Below are positions 22,930-33,029 of a stretch of 64,000 nt of DNA, piece after piece. The notes beneath the pieces are model-generated. The model worked only from the letters and a program-made list of their open reading frames with translations. It was not told the origin of the DNA and searched no databases. The stretch covers positions 2,176,001 through 2,240,000 of the forward strand of contig CAVVPN010000011.1 of assembly GCA_963750165.1 (NCBI GenBank), written 5' to 3'. Numbering within the stretch: position 1 is the stretch's first letter; the number at the start of each line of letters is the position of its first letter. The translations under genes were made by a program, and so were the position numbers. The stretch is from an uncultured Gemmataceae bacterium. Lineage in GTDB: Bacteria > Planctomycetota > Planctomycetia > Gemmatales > Gemmataceae.

Positions 22930-22982
22930 ATCCGAGCCCGAGCGCCAGCGAGGTGGCCCCTCGCTGGCGCTCGGGCTCGGAT
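22930..22982. repeat. REP-like near-perfect hairpin between convergent genes
   Basis: ATCCGAGCCCGAGCGCCAGCGAGG ... CCTCGCTGGCGCTCGGGCTCGGAT. Confidence 0.85.
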
Positions 22983-23013
22983 CGTAAACGGGGTTCTTCC
23001 TGTCCGACAGCGC

Positions 23014-23355
23014 TCACGCCTTGTGGACCGGGCCGTGGTCGTCGCAGTGGTCGCCGTGCGGGTGGTGCAGGTGACCGTCCACCAGGTAATCGGTGTGGTC
23101 GCCGTGCGGCACCGCCTCGTGGCCGCAGCCGGGGCCGTGCTGGTGCTTCGCCGCGTGGCCGCCGCAGGCGTGCTGCGGCGTGCAGGCGGCAGGGTTGGCG
23201 CCGCCGACCGCCAGCTGGTGCTCCTCGACGCCGCCCGGCCCCTGGTGGTGCAGGTGACCGTCGTGCAGGTAGTCGGTGTGCCCCTCGTGCTGCACCGGCG
23301 TGTGGCCGCAGTTCGGCCCGTGCTGGTGCGTGTGGCCCTGGTGATGAGTCGCCAT
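23014..23355 (-). CDS. His/Cys-rich metal-binding protein with internal duplication
   Basis: Two copies of HQHGPxCGHxxVxHxxHTDYLxDGHLHH. Confidence 0.85.
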   Translation of the reverse strand: MATHHQGHTHQHGPNCGHTPVQHEGHTDYLHDGHLHHQGPGGVEEHQLAVGGANPAACTPQHACGGHAAKHQHGPGCGHEAVPHGDHTDYLVDGHLHHPHGDHCDDHGPVHKA

Positions 23356-23356
23356 G

Positions 23357-23734
23357 TCACTCTCCTTGCTGGGGGATTGCGCCGGGGCCCGCGTCCAGTT
23401 CGATGGCGTGGGCCAGCGCATTGCTGATAAGATCGGCAACGTGCCGATCCGCCAGTGCGTAAAAAAGATGGTTGCCGTCGCGCCGCCGCACAATCAGCCC
23501 TTCCCCGCGCAGGATGCGCAACCGCTGCGAGACGGTCGAGAATTTCTCCCCAACCACCGCCACAATCTCGGTCACGCACAATTCCCCGCGCTCCAGCAGG
23601 TTCAAAATCCGCAAGCGTGGGCCGTCGCCCATCGCCCGGAACATCTGCGCCGCCCGCTCCAACGAGGCCGGCGGCAGGATATTCCCGGTGTGCTTGTGGT
23701 CGCCGGGTTGGCAGGATGGCGTCGTGCGGCTCAT
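23357..23734 (-). CDS. ArsR/SmtB family metal-sensing repressor
   Basis: FRAMGDGPRLRIL, ELCVTEI, STVSQRLRILR, YALADRHV..ALAH (alpha5-type site). Confidence 0.9.
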   Translation of the reverse strand: MSRTTPSCQPGDHKHTGNILPPASLERAAQMFRAMGDGPRLRILNLLERGELCVTEIVAVVGEKFSTVSQRLRILRGEGLIVRRRDGNHLFYALADRHVADLISNALAHAIELDAGPGAIPQQGE

Positions 23735-23740
23735 GGTCAA

Positions 23741-23780
23741 CCTCCTATTCAATTATTTCATCATTCCATGAAATAGTCAA
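23741..23780 (-). promoter_or_regulatory. Sigma70-like promoter with overlapping palindromic operator for the ArsR gene
   Basis: Minus strand TTGACT-17nt-AATAAT; TATTTCAT-N6-ATGAAATA at 23754-23775; GGAGG RBS at 23741-23745. Confidence 0.65.
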
Positions 23781-23817
23781 TAGCCTTCCCCGTTTTTCCA
23801 GGCCGCCCAGTTCCACC

Positions 23818-23973
23818 CGGAGGATTCACCGCGGAGAACGCGGAGAGCGCAGAGAAAAGACAAAAGAGGAGCCACAGATAAAAACATTTAAATCGGTCTT
23901 TATCTGTGTTATCTGTGGATCGATTCTTGGTCTTTTCTCTGCGCTCTCCGCGTTCTCCGCGGTGAATCCTCCG
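23818..23973. repeat. Long palindrome with 9-mer tandem arms
   Basis: Perfect 44-bp inverted arms (CGGAGGATTCACCGCGGAGAACGCGGAGAGCGCAGAGAAAAGAC) with nested CCACAGATA/TATCTGTGG. Confidence 0.9.
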
Positions 23974-23976
23974 CGT

Positions 23977-25564
23977 TCAATCGCCGTCGATGAGCCGCAC
24001 CTTGTACTCCCCCGCCCCGCGCCGCGACGAGATCCACACGGTATAGCGCCCCGTGCGCGGCAGTTTGAGGGCGAAGAGGCTGCCGGTGGCGGTGCTGCCG
24101 CGGTTGTCAGTCGCCAGCAGCACGCCATCGGGGCTGCGGAGGCTGACCACGGGTTCAAAGGCGTCGGAGCGAACGTTCAGGAACACGGTCTGCCCGGACT
24201 TGCCCGGGAAGGCCCAGTAATCCGTGGCGCCCGGCTGCACCGTGCCGGTGCCGCGGCCGCCGATCGGCAACTCCTTGAGCTTGGTTTCCGTCAGCGCCAG
24301 GCGGTAGTCGCCGCCGCCGCCGTCGCCGAGCGAGGACACCTGCAAGCGGTACAACCCCTTGGCCACGACCATGTGCGTCAGGCGGCCCTCCAACCCGTCG
24401 GCGTCGTCGCCGCTGCTGCCCACCAAGCCGCCGTGCTGGTCGTAGAGGCGCAGCACCGGCACGAACTTCTGCGAGCCGAGGTTGGCCTGGAAGAGCTGGC
24501 CGGGCGCGGCCTGGAAGCTGTAGAAGGCCGCCCCGCCCACGGGCAGGTTGTCGGCGACGTCCTTGCCCAGGGTGATCGGCACACTGGGGTCGCGCATGGT
24601 CAGCTTGTACGAGGTGGGCGTCGCCGCCAGCAGTTGCAGCTGGTAGCGGCCTTCCCGGCCCAGGACCGCGGCGTACCGCAGACGACCACCCCGGCTGGCC
24701 ACCGGCAGGAACTGAATCTCCGGCCGGTCCCCCTCGCGCTCGATGCGCTGCCCGTTGTCCGTGTCGAGCGGCGGCGTACTGCAACCGCGACAGCAGGTCA
24801 CCCTTTTTCTCCACCTCCACGAGTCGGAACTCCCCGGGCTTGCCCTGGAAGCTCAGCACGTCCGCCTCGCCCTGTTGCAGGCTGGCCGCCTGGGGCTTGC
24901 CCACGGCCAGGGCCAGTTGCCGGGCCGTACGCACCAGGAGGTCATAGCGGTAGCCCGGCTGGCCGCTCAGGACCAGGTAATCTTCCTTGCTGTCCGGGAG
25001 CAGCACGGTGCCCTCCCAACCGGTGAGCTCGCGGCCCTGGTAGTCGAGGAATTGCCAGGCCCGGGAGGAGGCCCCCTTCAACTCGGGAATGATGACCTGA
25101 CCCTTGACGCCCTGGAAGTAGTGATAACTTTTGCCCGTGCGGTCGAAGGTGCCGACCAACGGCTTGCCCACGGTGAGCGGCGTGGCCCGGAAGCGCTGCA
25201 CGCGCAGCGTGTAGTTGCCGCCGCCCTGGAACTTGTAAGCGTGGACGCGGATTTTGAACTGCCCCTTGGCGGGCAGCCGGACGGCGAAGCGGCTCTCAAG
25301 GCCCGGGTCGTCCACTTCGAGAAGCACCTTGTCGTCCTTCTTCTCCGTCTGGGCCAGTTGCAGGATCGGGTCGAACTCACGGCTGGCCACGTGGGCGATG
25401 ATGGTTTCGTCCTTCTCGCCCTCGAAGACCCAGCGGTCGATCTGGCCCGGCGTCAGGAAGGCGCCGTGCTGTCCGGGCCGCTTCAGGTCGCGGAGCGACT
25501 CCTGGGCGGCGACGGGGGCTGCCGACAACAGCACGAGGAACAGCGGCCACAATCTCGCATTCAT
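23977..25564 (-). CDS. Secreted multi-PPC (pre-peptidase C-terminal-like) beta-sandwich protein (frameshift near 24770)
   Basis: Signal peptide; repeated D.W.F.G..G....FDP.L.L....D.D....G.Y.L.V units; no catalytic domain seen. Confidence 0.75.
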
Positions 25565-25846
25565 GCGTGTCTCCTGTCGTGAGGTGAAAAGGGTTGTCGT
25601 GTGGGCGGCCCGCCCGCACGACGAATACCCCAGCCTGCCCAGTAGTTCACAGTAAAACCAGCCGACTGACAAGGGCCTGCGCCCCGCGTTTTGCTCTTGA
25701 GGCGCCGGCGGTCATTGACTATAGGCCGCGTCTCAGTTGCTCCAGTCGGCAGCGGGCGGTGCGCCGTGGCCCGAGCCGCGCGTGCGCGACACCGGGCCGT
25801 CCGGGACGACAGCAGGATTCAGGACGGATGGAGAAGGAGGTCACCC

Positions 25847-26629
25847 GTGCGACACGGACTCAAACGGATCAGCCGTCCCCCTCGGAGTCTGTGGCTCGGG
25901 CTGCTGGCGCCGCTGGCGCTGATCTGCGGTTGTGGCAACCTCCTGGAGAAGGTCACCAGCAAAGATTTTCAAATGAAGGATCTGTACACGAACCCCAACC
26001 CCGTGGAGGTGCTGCGCGACCCCGCCAGCGACAACGCCAGACGCGCCGACGCCCTGCGCGAACTCCGCGAGCCCTCGGAAGCCAACCTCCAGGTGCTGAC
26101 GAGCGTCGCTGCTTCGCCGCGCGAGGAATATTATTGCCGGCTGTCCGCCATCAAGACCCTGTCCCGCTACAAGGATGTGCGTGCCGCCCAGACGCTCCGC
26201 GACGTGTATCTGCAAGACCTGCCCTACACGCCGGACATGGTGAGCATTATGCGGCAGCAAACGCTGACCGCCCTGGCCGAGACGGGCCAGGACAGCGCCC
26301 GCGAGCTGCTGATCCGCGTGGCCAAGGAGCCGCCCTCGGCCGGCAGTTTCAAGGAGCAGCAGGAAACCGTTGACCGCCGTCTGGCCGCCATCCGCGGTCT
26401 GGGCAAGTTCAACCATCCCGACGCCGTGGCCACGCTGTTCCAGGTGCTGCAGACCGATCAGGACGTGGCCGTCGGCCACAAGGCCGGCGAGGCGCTGCAG
26501 ACCGCGACCGGCAAGAACCTGCCGCCCGTGGCGGAAGTGTGGGAGCGCGAACTGTACGCCGGTCGCGCTCCTGTCGGCCCCGCTGCGCCGACGCCGATCC
26601 AGCAGGCCACGCAGCGCAGGTCGCCGTGA
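25847..26629 (+). CDS. HEAT-repeat lipoprotein
   Basis: Lipobox-like LICGC; RLSAIKTL, RRLAAIRGLGK, ALQTATGKNLP. Confidence 0.7.
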   Translation: MRHGLKRISRPPRSLWLGLLAPLALICGCGNLLEKVTSKDFQMKDLYTNPNPVEVLRDPASDNARRADALRELREPSEANLQVLTSVAASPREEYYCRLSAIKTLSRYKDVRAAQTLRDVYLQDLPYTPDMVSIMRQQTLTALAETGQDSARELLIRVAKEPPSAGSFKEQQETVDRRLAAIRGLGKFNHPDAVATLFQVLQTDQDVAVGHKAGEALQTATGKNLPPVAEVWERELYAGRAPVGPAAPTPIQQATQRRSP

Positions 26630-26668
26630 GTTCGCGCGGTTGGTCGGAGCCCGATCAATCGCAAGTTC

Positions 26669-26720
26669 AATCTCGACATGCAAAAAAGTTGGCCCCCTTG
26701 GCCTCCTTGGCCCCCTTGCT
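26669..26720 (+). repeat. Dispersed motif copy 2 of 6
   Basis: AATCTCGACATGCAAAAAAGTTGGC CCCCTTGGC CTCCTTGGC CCCCTTGCT. Confidence 0.9.
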
Positions 26721-26785
26721 TTGCTACACTGGGTCACAGCACGACAGGCCGTGCCACGTCGCCCGATCCTCGTTCCGGTTCCCGC

Positions 26786-27286
26786 ATGACCGAATCCACC
26801 GCAGCGCCGCGCCCGCTGGTCGGCGTCATCATGGGCAGCAAGTCCGACTGGGAGACGCTGCGCCACGCCGCCGAGACGCTCGCCCAGCTCCAAATCCCCC
26901 ACGAGACCCGCGTCGTCTCGGCACACCGCACGCCGGACCTGCTCTTCGAGTACGCCGGCAGTGCGGAGGGCCGTGGCCTGGCGGTCATCATCGCCGGCGC
27001 GGGTGGGGCGGCGCACCTGCCGGGCATGGTCGCGGCCAAGACGCTGCTGCCGGTGCTTGGCGTGCCGGTGGAGTCGCGGGTGCTGCACGGCGTCGATTCG
27101 CTGCTGTCCATTGTGCAGATGCCCGCGGGCATCCCGGTCGGCACGCTGGCCATCGGCCCGGCCGGAGCCACCAACGCCGCGCTGTTCGCCGCGGCGCTGC
27201 TCGCCACCACCGACCCGGCGCTGCGCGAACGACTGCGGGCCTTCCGCGAACAGCAGACGCGCACCGTGATGGAGGCTCAGCTATGA
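26786..27286 (+). CDS. purE: N5-carboxyaminoimidazole ribonucleotide mutase
   Basis: [42 protein letters not shown]. Confidence 0.97.
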   Translation: MTESTAAPRPLVGVIMGSKSDWETLRHAAETLAQLQIPHETRVVSAHRTPDLLFEYAGSAEGRGLAVIIAGAGGAAHLPGMVAAKTLLPVLGVPVESRVLHGVDSLLSIVQMPAGIPVGTLAIGPAGATNAALFAAALLATTDPALRERLRAFREQQTRTVMEAQL

Positions 27287-28428
27287 CGGACGCCAGCGGT
27301 GTGGTGCTGCCGGGGCGACCGGTGGGCATTCTGGGCGGCGGTCAGCTGGGTCGCATGTTCGCCATTGCGGCGCGGCGGCTGGGCTATCGCGTTCACGCCT
27401 TCGACACCACACAGGACTGTCCCGCCGGCCAGGTCGCGGACGTGGAGGTCATCGCCGCCTACGACGACCAGGACGCGGCCCGCCGTTTCGCCGCCGACGT
27501 GGACGTGGTGACCTTCGAGTTCGAGAACATTCCCGCCGAGACGCTCACCGCCATCGCCGAGGTGCGGCCGGTCCACCCCGCGCCGGCGGTGCTGCACGTC
27601 TGTCGTCATCGGCTGCGCGAGAAGGAGTTTTTGCAGAGCCACGGCTTTCCGCTGGCGCGCTGGCGGCCGGTTCACGGCGTCGCGGAGTTGACGGCGGCGC
27701 TGGCGGAGCTGGGCACGCCGGCGATCCTGAAGACGGCGGACTTCGGCTACGACGGCAAGGGCCAGATGCGCATCGACGAGCCGGGGCAGGCCGCGGATGC
27801 CTGGCAAAAAATGGGACGGCCGGTTGGCGTGCTGGAGGAGCGGGTGCCGTTTCTCAAGGAAGTGTCGGTGATCTGCGCCCGCACGCGCCGCGGCCAGATG
27901 GTGTGTTACCCGGTGGGCGAGAACGAGCACCGCCGGCACATTTTGGACGTGACCACGGTGCCGGCCGCCGTGCCACCGCGAACGGCCGCCCGCGCTGTCG
28001 AGCTGGCGTCGGCCATCGCCGAGGTGCTGGACGTGGTGGGCGTGCTGGCGGTGGAACTTTTCGTGTTGCCGGACGACAAACTACTGGTGAACGAGCTGGC
28101 GCCGCGGCCGCACAACAGCGGGCACTACAGCGTTGATGCGTGCGTGACGAGTCAGTTCGAGCAACAGCTGCGGGCGGTATGCGGTTTGCCGCTGGGTGAG
28201 GTGCGGTTGCTGCGGCCGGCGGCGCTGGCGAATCTGCTGGGCGATCTGTGGACGGCGGGCGAGCCGAACTGGCCGGCGGCGCTGGCGTTCCCGGAGGTGA
28301 AATTGCACCTGTACGGCAAACGGGAGGCCCGACCGGGGCGGAAGATGGGGCACCTGACCGCGACCGCGGAGACGGCGGCGGCGGCGCGGGCGCTGGTGCT
28401 GGCGGCGCGGGCGGCGTTGATCGCGTAA
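27283..28428 (+). CDS. purK: N5-CAIR synthase
   Basis: [50 protein letters not shown]. Confidence 0.96.
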   Translation: MTDASGVVLPGRPVGILGGGQLGRMFAIAARRLGYRVHAFDTTQDCPAGQVADVEVIAAYDDQDAARRFAADVDVVTFEFENIPAETLTAIAEVRPVHPAPAVLHVCRHRLREKEFLQSHGFPLARWRPVHGVAELTAALAELGTPAILKTADFGYDGKGQMRIDEPGQAADAWQKMGRPVGVLEERVPFLKEVSVICARTRRGQMVCYPVGENEHRRHILDVTTVPAAVPPRTAARAVELASAIAEVLDVVGVLAVELFVLPDDKLLVNELAPRPHNSGHYSVDACVTSQFEQQLRAVCGLPLGEVRLLRPAALANLLGDLWTAGEPNWPAALAFPEVKLHLYGKREARPGRKMGHLTATAETAAAARALVLAARAALIA

Positions 28429-28542
28429 ACCCTGCCGCGGATTTTGGCAAACGGGAAAATGCGGGTTATACTCAGTTGGGAAGTCCTGCGCGGTAACACC
28501 CGCTTGATAATACACGGTTCGCCGTGCATCGAGGATGTGGTC

Positions 28543-28908
28543 ATGAACAACGACGAATCACGAATCCCCGACGTATTGATTACGGATCGCCGCGCCGGCG
28601 ACCGCCGGCAGGTAGATCGCCGCAAGAAAAGTATTCCGGTGGCGGTGGAGCGCCGCAGCGGCAAGGACCGCCGCCAGCAGGGCGAGCGCCGTCGCCAGAT
28701 TGATCCCACCACCTGCGAGCGCGACTACAACGACGAGGAAATCACCTTTATGAAGGCGATGGACCAGTACAAGCGCGACAACCGTCGGCCGTTCCCAACC
28801 TGGAGCGAGGTACTGGAAGTGCTCCGCGCCCTGGGCTACCGCAAGGTCGCGGAGCCGACCGTCATGCCCGGCCTTCCATCGCAGGCCGCCGCCCGCAAGG
28901 CAGAATGA
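28543..28908 (+). CDS. Conserved planctomycete-type hypothetical protein with (D/E)RR repeats
   Basis: [49 protein letters not shown]. Confidence 0.75.
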   Translation: MNNDESRIPDVLITDRRAGDRRQVDRRKKSIPVAVERRSGKDRRQQGERRRQIDPTTCERDYNDEEITFMKAMDQYKRDNRRPFPTWSEVLEVLRALGYRKVAEPTVMPGLPSQAAARKAE

Positions 28909-28919
28909 TCTTGTCCTTT

Positions 28920-29031
28920 TAGTCCTTAGTCATTAGTCCTTAGTCATTAGTCCACTGGGTTCGAGCGCCGGGCAAAGTTCCAGCGACCCCAACCCAGCGG
29001 ACTAATGACTGAGGACTAATGACCAAGGACT
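28920..29031. repeat. Inverted heptamer tandem repeats (TAGTCCT/TAGTCAT)
   Basis: About 5 units, a spacer, then complementary GACTAAT/GACCAAG units. Confidence 0.85.
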
Positions 29032-29032
29032 C

Positions 29033-29117
29033 GAGCGCGTTGCGTTCGGGTGTGGCGGGTTCTTCGCCCCTTCGGGGCGAAAGACACGACCGCGACAGTC
29101 GTCTGCGAACCGCGCTA
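29033..29117. mobile_element. Degenerate relative of the TA-flanked mini-element with a different internal hairpin
   Basis: Left end GAGCGCGTTGCGTTCGGGTGTGGCGG resembles the reverse complement of the right end at 45416-45441; right end TGCGAACCGCGC-TA. Confidence 0.55.
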
Positions 29118-29134
29118 ATTAGGTAAGGATGCCT

Positions 29135-30282
29135 ATGCGTCTGTTCTTCTGCGCCGGCGAACCGAGCGGCGATCTGCACGGCGCCAGCTTGATCCGCAGT
29201 CTGCGGCGGTTGCGGCCCGACCTGGAGTTCGTCGGCTTCGGTGGCGACCGCATGGTCGCGGCAGGTTGTCACGTGTTGTACCCGCTATGCCGTCTGGCGG
29301 TGATGTGGTTCGCGCGTGTGCTGGCCAACGCCCCTACCTTCTTGCGTCTCGTCTCCGAGGCCGACCGCTTCTTCCGTCATCACCGGCCCGACGCGGTGGT
29401 GCTCATCGACTACCCCGGTTTCAACTGGTGGATGGCCCGCCGGGCGCACTTCCACGGCATTCCCGTGTTTTACTTCGTGCCGCCGCAGTTGTGGGCCTGG
29501 GCCGGCTGGCGCGTCGAGAAGATGCGCCGCTTCGTCGATCACGTCCTGTGTACGCTGCCGTTCGAGCCGCCGTGGTACCGAGGCGCGGCGTCCACGCCCA
29601 TTATGTCGGCCATCCCTATTTCGATGAGTTGGCGCACCAGCAGTTGGACCCCGGCTTCCTCGCGGAGCACACAGGGGGCGGCCCAGTCGTCGGCCTGCTG
29701 CCTGGCTCGCGCACGCAGGAGGTGCAGCGCAACCTGAGTACGCTGGTCCGCGCCGCCCAGCGCGTCCACGCAGCGCGGCCGGACGCGCGCTTCCTCTTCG
29801 CCTGTTACAAGGAGGCACAGCGGAGCTACATCGATGCCTACCTGACCAGGCATCCGGTGCCGGCGCAGACGTTCGTCGGCCGCACGCCGGAGATTATCGC
29901 CATGTCCCAGGCGACCATCGCCGTGTCAGGCTCAGTCGGCCTGGAACTGCTGTACCGCGGTGCGCCGTCGGCGGTGGTCTACCGCATCAGCCCGCTCGAC
30001 CTGTGGGTGGCGAAAAAGTTCATCAAGAGCCGTTACATCAGCCTGGTTAACTTGCTGGCGGGCAGGGAACTGTTTCCAGAGTTCTTGACGGATCGCTGCG
30101 AGGCAGCGGCGATCGCGGAGCGTGTGCTGACGTGGCTGAACGACCCGGCGGCGTATCAGGCGGTGTGCAGCGAACTGAAGGCGCTGCGGCGGCAAGTGGC
30201 GGAACCGGGGGCGTGTGAGCGGACGGCGGCGTATGTGCTGGAGGTGCTGGGTCGCGGGAAAGGTCAATTGCGGGTGGCGTGA
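29135..30282 (+). CDS. lpxB: Lipid-A-disaccharide synthase (frameshift near 29580)
   Basis: AGEPSGDLHGA, IDYPGFN, PPQLWAW, LPFE, YVGHP, LLPGSR, ISLVNLLAG..FPEF. Confidence 0.93.
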
Positions 30283-30351
30283 GGTTGGAATAACATGACC
30301 GCGGCTGATTCAGGGCGTCCGCTGATCTGAGAGGCAACGATGACTGCTTTA

Positions 30352-30425
30352 CTCCCAGCAACCCGCGCAATGCGCTGCGCCGCGCTCAAGCGGTTGATGC
30401 CGAGTGTTTCCAGGTTGGGGGTCAT
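30352..30425 (-). pseudogene. Addiction-module antitoxin component fragment
   Basis: MTPNLETLGINRLSAAQRI resembles the LGIDRLSxxERI start of putative addiction module proteins, then degenerates. Confidence 0.45.
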
Positions 30426-30497
30426 GAGCGGTCGCCGTTGATTCTTGAACCACCAGCAGGACACTAGATGAAGTGACCCGCGGAAAAGTGCGGAGTA

Positions 30498-30530
30498 GAA
30501 AAGAAACGGGGGCGCGATCGCGCCCCCGTT
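30498..30530 (-). terminator. Rho-independent terminator
   Basis: AACGGGGGCGCG-AT-CGCGCCCCCGTT stem followed by a T-rich run on the minus strand, after the AAA gene. Confidence 0.65.
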
Positions 30531-30546
30531 GTCGTCCACACATTCG

Positions 30547-31437
30547 TTACGCCGCCCCGGCGGTCACGCCGTCGGCCTCGTGTTCCTCGCTCGTCGGCTG
30601 CTCGCTGTCGATCCGGTGCAGCAGCGCCGCCGTCTGTTCCAGGTCGTTGCCCAGGCACTCCACGCTGATGACCATTTCCGCCAGGGCCGCGAACGGCAGC
30701 CCTTCGCTCAGGTCCACCCAGCGGCGCCGCTCCTCCGCCGAGTGCTCCGGCAGCTTGCGCGCGAAGTACGCCGCGCGGATGTGCGCGCTGGGCGGCGGCA
30801 CCAGCAGGATGCGGTCGAAGCGGCGCGGCCGTGAGATGATGCGCTTGTCCAGCCGCTCGGGGTAGTTGGTGCTCGCCAGGTTCACCGCCCGGTCCACTTG
30901 CAGGTTGCCGTCGAGCCACTGCAGCAGTTCGCTGTCGCCATACCGGGCGATGATCGCGTCAATGTCCTCGAAGACACACACAATCGGCCGATCCGGTTCG
31001 ACACGGCGGAAGCGTTCAAGACAACGGTTGAAGACGAAGGGGTTGTCACAGAAAAAGGCGAGGTGGCCGGATTTGACGATCCGGGCCACGATCTGATGAA
31101 TCAGCGACGATTTGCCGCCGCCCTGTTTGCCGTGGAACAGGTAGCCGCGACGGTGCAGAAAGCCGAACTTGCGGAAGCGCTCGTGCAACGTCCAGAAGCG
31201 GCCCACCTCTTCCAGCACCTGCGACGAGAGGCTGTCCTGGAACTCCAGGAGGTCATCGACCTTGAGGTCCTTGTCTTGCAGGATGGGGTTGCCGCACTGG
31301 TCCACGATGCAGTTGTAGGCCCCGGCCGGCAGCTGCCGCACCGTCGTGCCGCACACGCGGTACTGGCCGTCTCCCAGCACCAGCCACTGCGAGACCACCA
31401 TTTTGTCCAGGTTGTTGCTGCACTCGTCGTAGTACAT
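30547..31437 (-). CDS. Stand-alone AAA+ ATPase
   Basis: RRGYLFHGKQGGGKSS, VFEDID, LLQWLDG, STNYPERLD, RPRRFD. Confidence 0.88.
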   Translation of the reverse strand: MYYDECSNNLDKMVVSQWLVLGDGQYRVCGTTVRQLPAGAYNCIVDQCGNPILQDKDLKVDDLLEFQDSLSSQVLEEVGRFWTLHERFRKFGFLHRRGYLFHGKQGGGKSSLIHQIVARIVKSGHLAFFCDNPFVFNRCLERFRRVEPDRPIVCVFEDIDAIIARYGDSELLQWLDGNLQVDRAVNLASTNYPERLDKRIISRPRRFDRILLVPPPSAHIRAAYFARKLPEHSAEERRRWVDLSEGLPFAALAEMVISVECLGNDLEQTAALLHRIDSEQPTSEEHEADGVTAGAA

Positions 31438-31566
31438 CCGCCGTCCTTTCCTTGTGAGGGGAGGAGGTAGTTACCTCCATTCAATTAAGATAGAGGGGAA
31501 AGTAACCCAGGCGGTTCGCGCTTTCCATGTCGGTAGGCGACGGTAAGAAGGGGATGAGACGCCGGC

Positions 31567-32911
31567 TCAGTTCGCCAGTTCCTTGAGCAGCCCCGCCGCA
31601 GTCTTCGCCCAAACGTGGCCGGTCTCCGGTTCGTAGCGGGCGCTGCGGTAGCCGGCCTCGTAGCCGCCCTCCACGAAGCCACGCCGCGTCGGGATGTAGC
31701 CCATCGCGCCGTTGGTCAGGCCGATGGTGCGCACCTGCTTGAGCGGCGCCGTGTCTTGCACCTCCTGGCCCAGCTCGACGAAGATTTCGCCCGGCAGCCA
31801 CGTCAGGCCGAAGTGCCCCAGCCGCAGCGCCGCGACCTCCGCCCGGTGTTCGCGGTCCTTGGTACGTGCCAGCACCAGCGCCGCCGGCGCGAACAACTCG
31901 TTGAAGCCGAAGGCGTTCTTCGCCGGGTTTTTCGGATCCTTGAGCATGCGCTCCGCCTCCTTGATGTCCTCGGGCCGCGGCCGTCGCAGCCGGCACGGCA
32001 CCTCCCGGCTGCGCGCCGAAGCGGTCCAGCGCCAGCGGCTCGCCCTTCTTCAGCGCCTCCAGCGCCGCCACCGCCAGCAGCTGGCCGATGCGCTGCGCCT
32101 CCTTCGGGCCGCTGACCTGCCGCGGGTTGCGGATGTCGATGTGGTTGAGGTTGCCGCAGCAGGCGTTGAAGAAGATCACGCGCCAGTCCGCCCCGAGCGC
32201 GTGCCGCAGCGTCGCGGTCAGGTGGTGCGGGTAGTCGGCGGAGTACTGCGTGCCGCTCACGCAGTCGGGGTGCAGGCCGTAAATCACGGCGAGGATGCGC
32301 TGCGACGTGAAGTTGAGGACGTGGACACGCGGATCGATCTGGCCGACGGGGCGGACGACGTTGGGGTTGCCGCGGCCCGGGTTGGTGCGGACGCTGCCGT
32401 CCTTCATCAAAAAGCGGCGGTAGTGGGCGACCGTGGCCTCGCGGCCGACATGCAGCGTCACCTGCTTTTCCGCGGCGGCGCGGCCGGCGGCGCGCACCAC
32501 GCACGCCGCGATGCCGTCCACCGTCTGCCGCACCCACTTTTCGTTGACGGTGCCCTGGTAGAAACCGGGGTAAATCTTCTCCGCGTCGGAGGTGAAGCCG
32601 TCGTTGCGCGGCAGCAGGCCGCCGGTGTGCGTGTGCGTGCAGTGAACCCAGACGTGGCGCGGCGGCGCTTTGGTCAGGCCGGCGACCGCCGTGCGGATGC
32701 GCCGAACGATGGGGGCGCCCATGCCGATCAGGTCGCAGGCGACCAGGGCGACACTCTCGGCGTCGCGCCGCAGGTAGAGCACCTTGGCCTTCAATGGGTC
32801 GAGGGTGCCGGTGGCCAGGCGGTCGCGGAAGTAGCCGGGCATGGAGCCGCCCAGGGGTGGGGTGATGTCCACCTCATCATACGCCGCCTGCAACGCGGGA
32901 ACCTGTGCCAT
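31567..32911 (-). CDS. Neutral/alkaline ceramidase-like family hydrolase (frameshift near 32010)
   Basis: VDITPPLG..MPGY, DPLKAK, THTHTG, HPD, SADYP, NACCGN, LPGEIFVELG, GYIPT..GGYE. Confidence 0.75.
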
Positions 32912-33029
32912 GTCGCACCTCCAGGAGGGATAACGCGCCGCGCCCACGGGGGAAGCGAAAACGCTGTTGCCTCCAGCTCCGAGGCCTCGCCGACCGATGC
33001 GCAAGCCCGTGACTGCTTCATTGACCACA

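Noticed and set aside
26630..26785. Purine riboswitch before purE
   Set aside because: The conserved sequence here is the dispersed motif, which also occurs next to unrelated genes and in antisense orientation.
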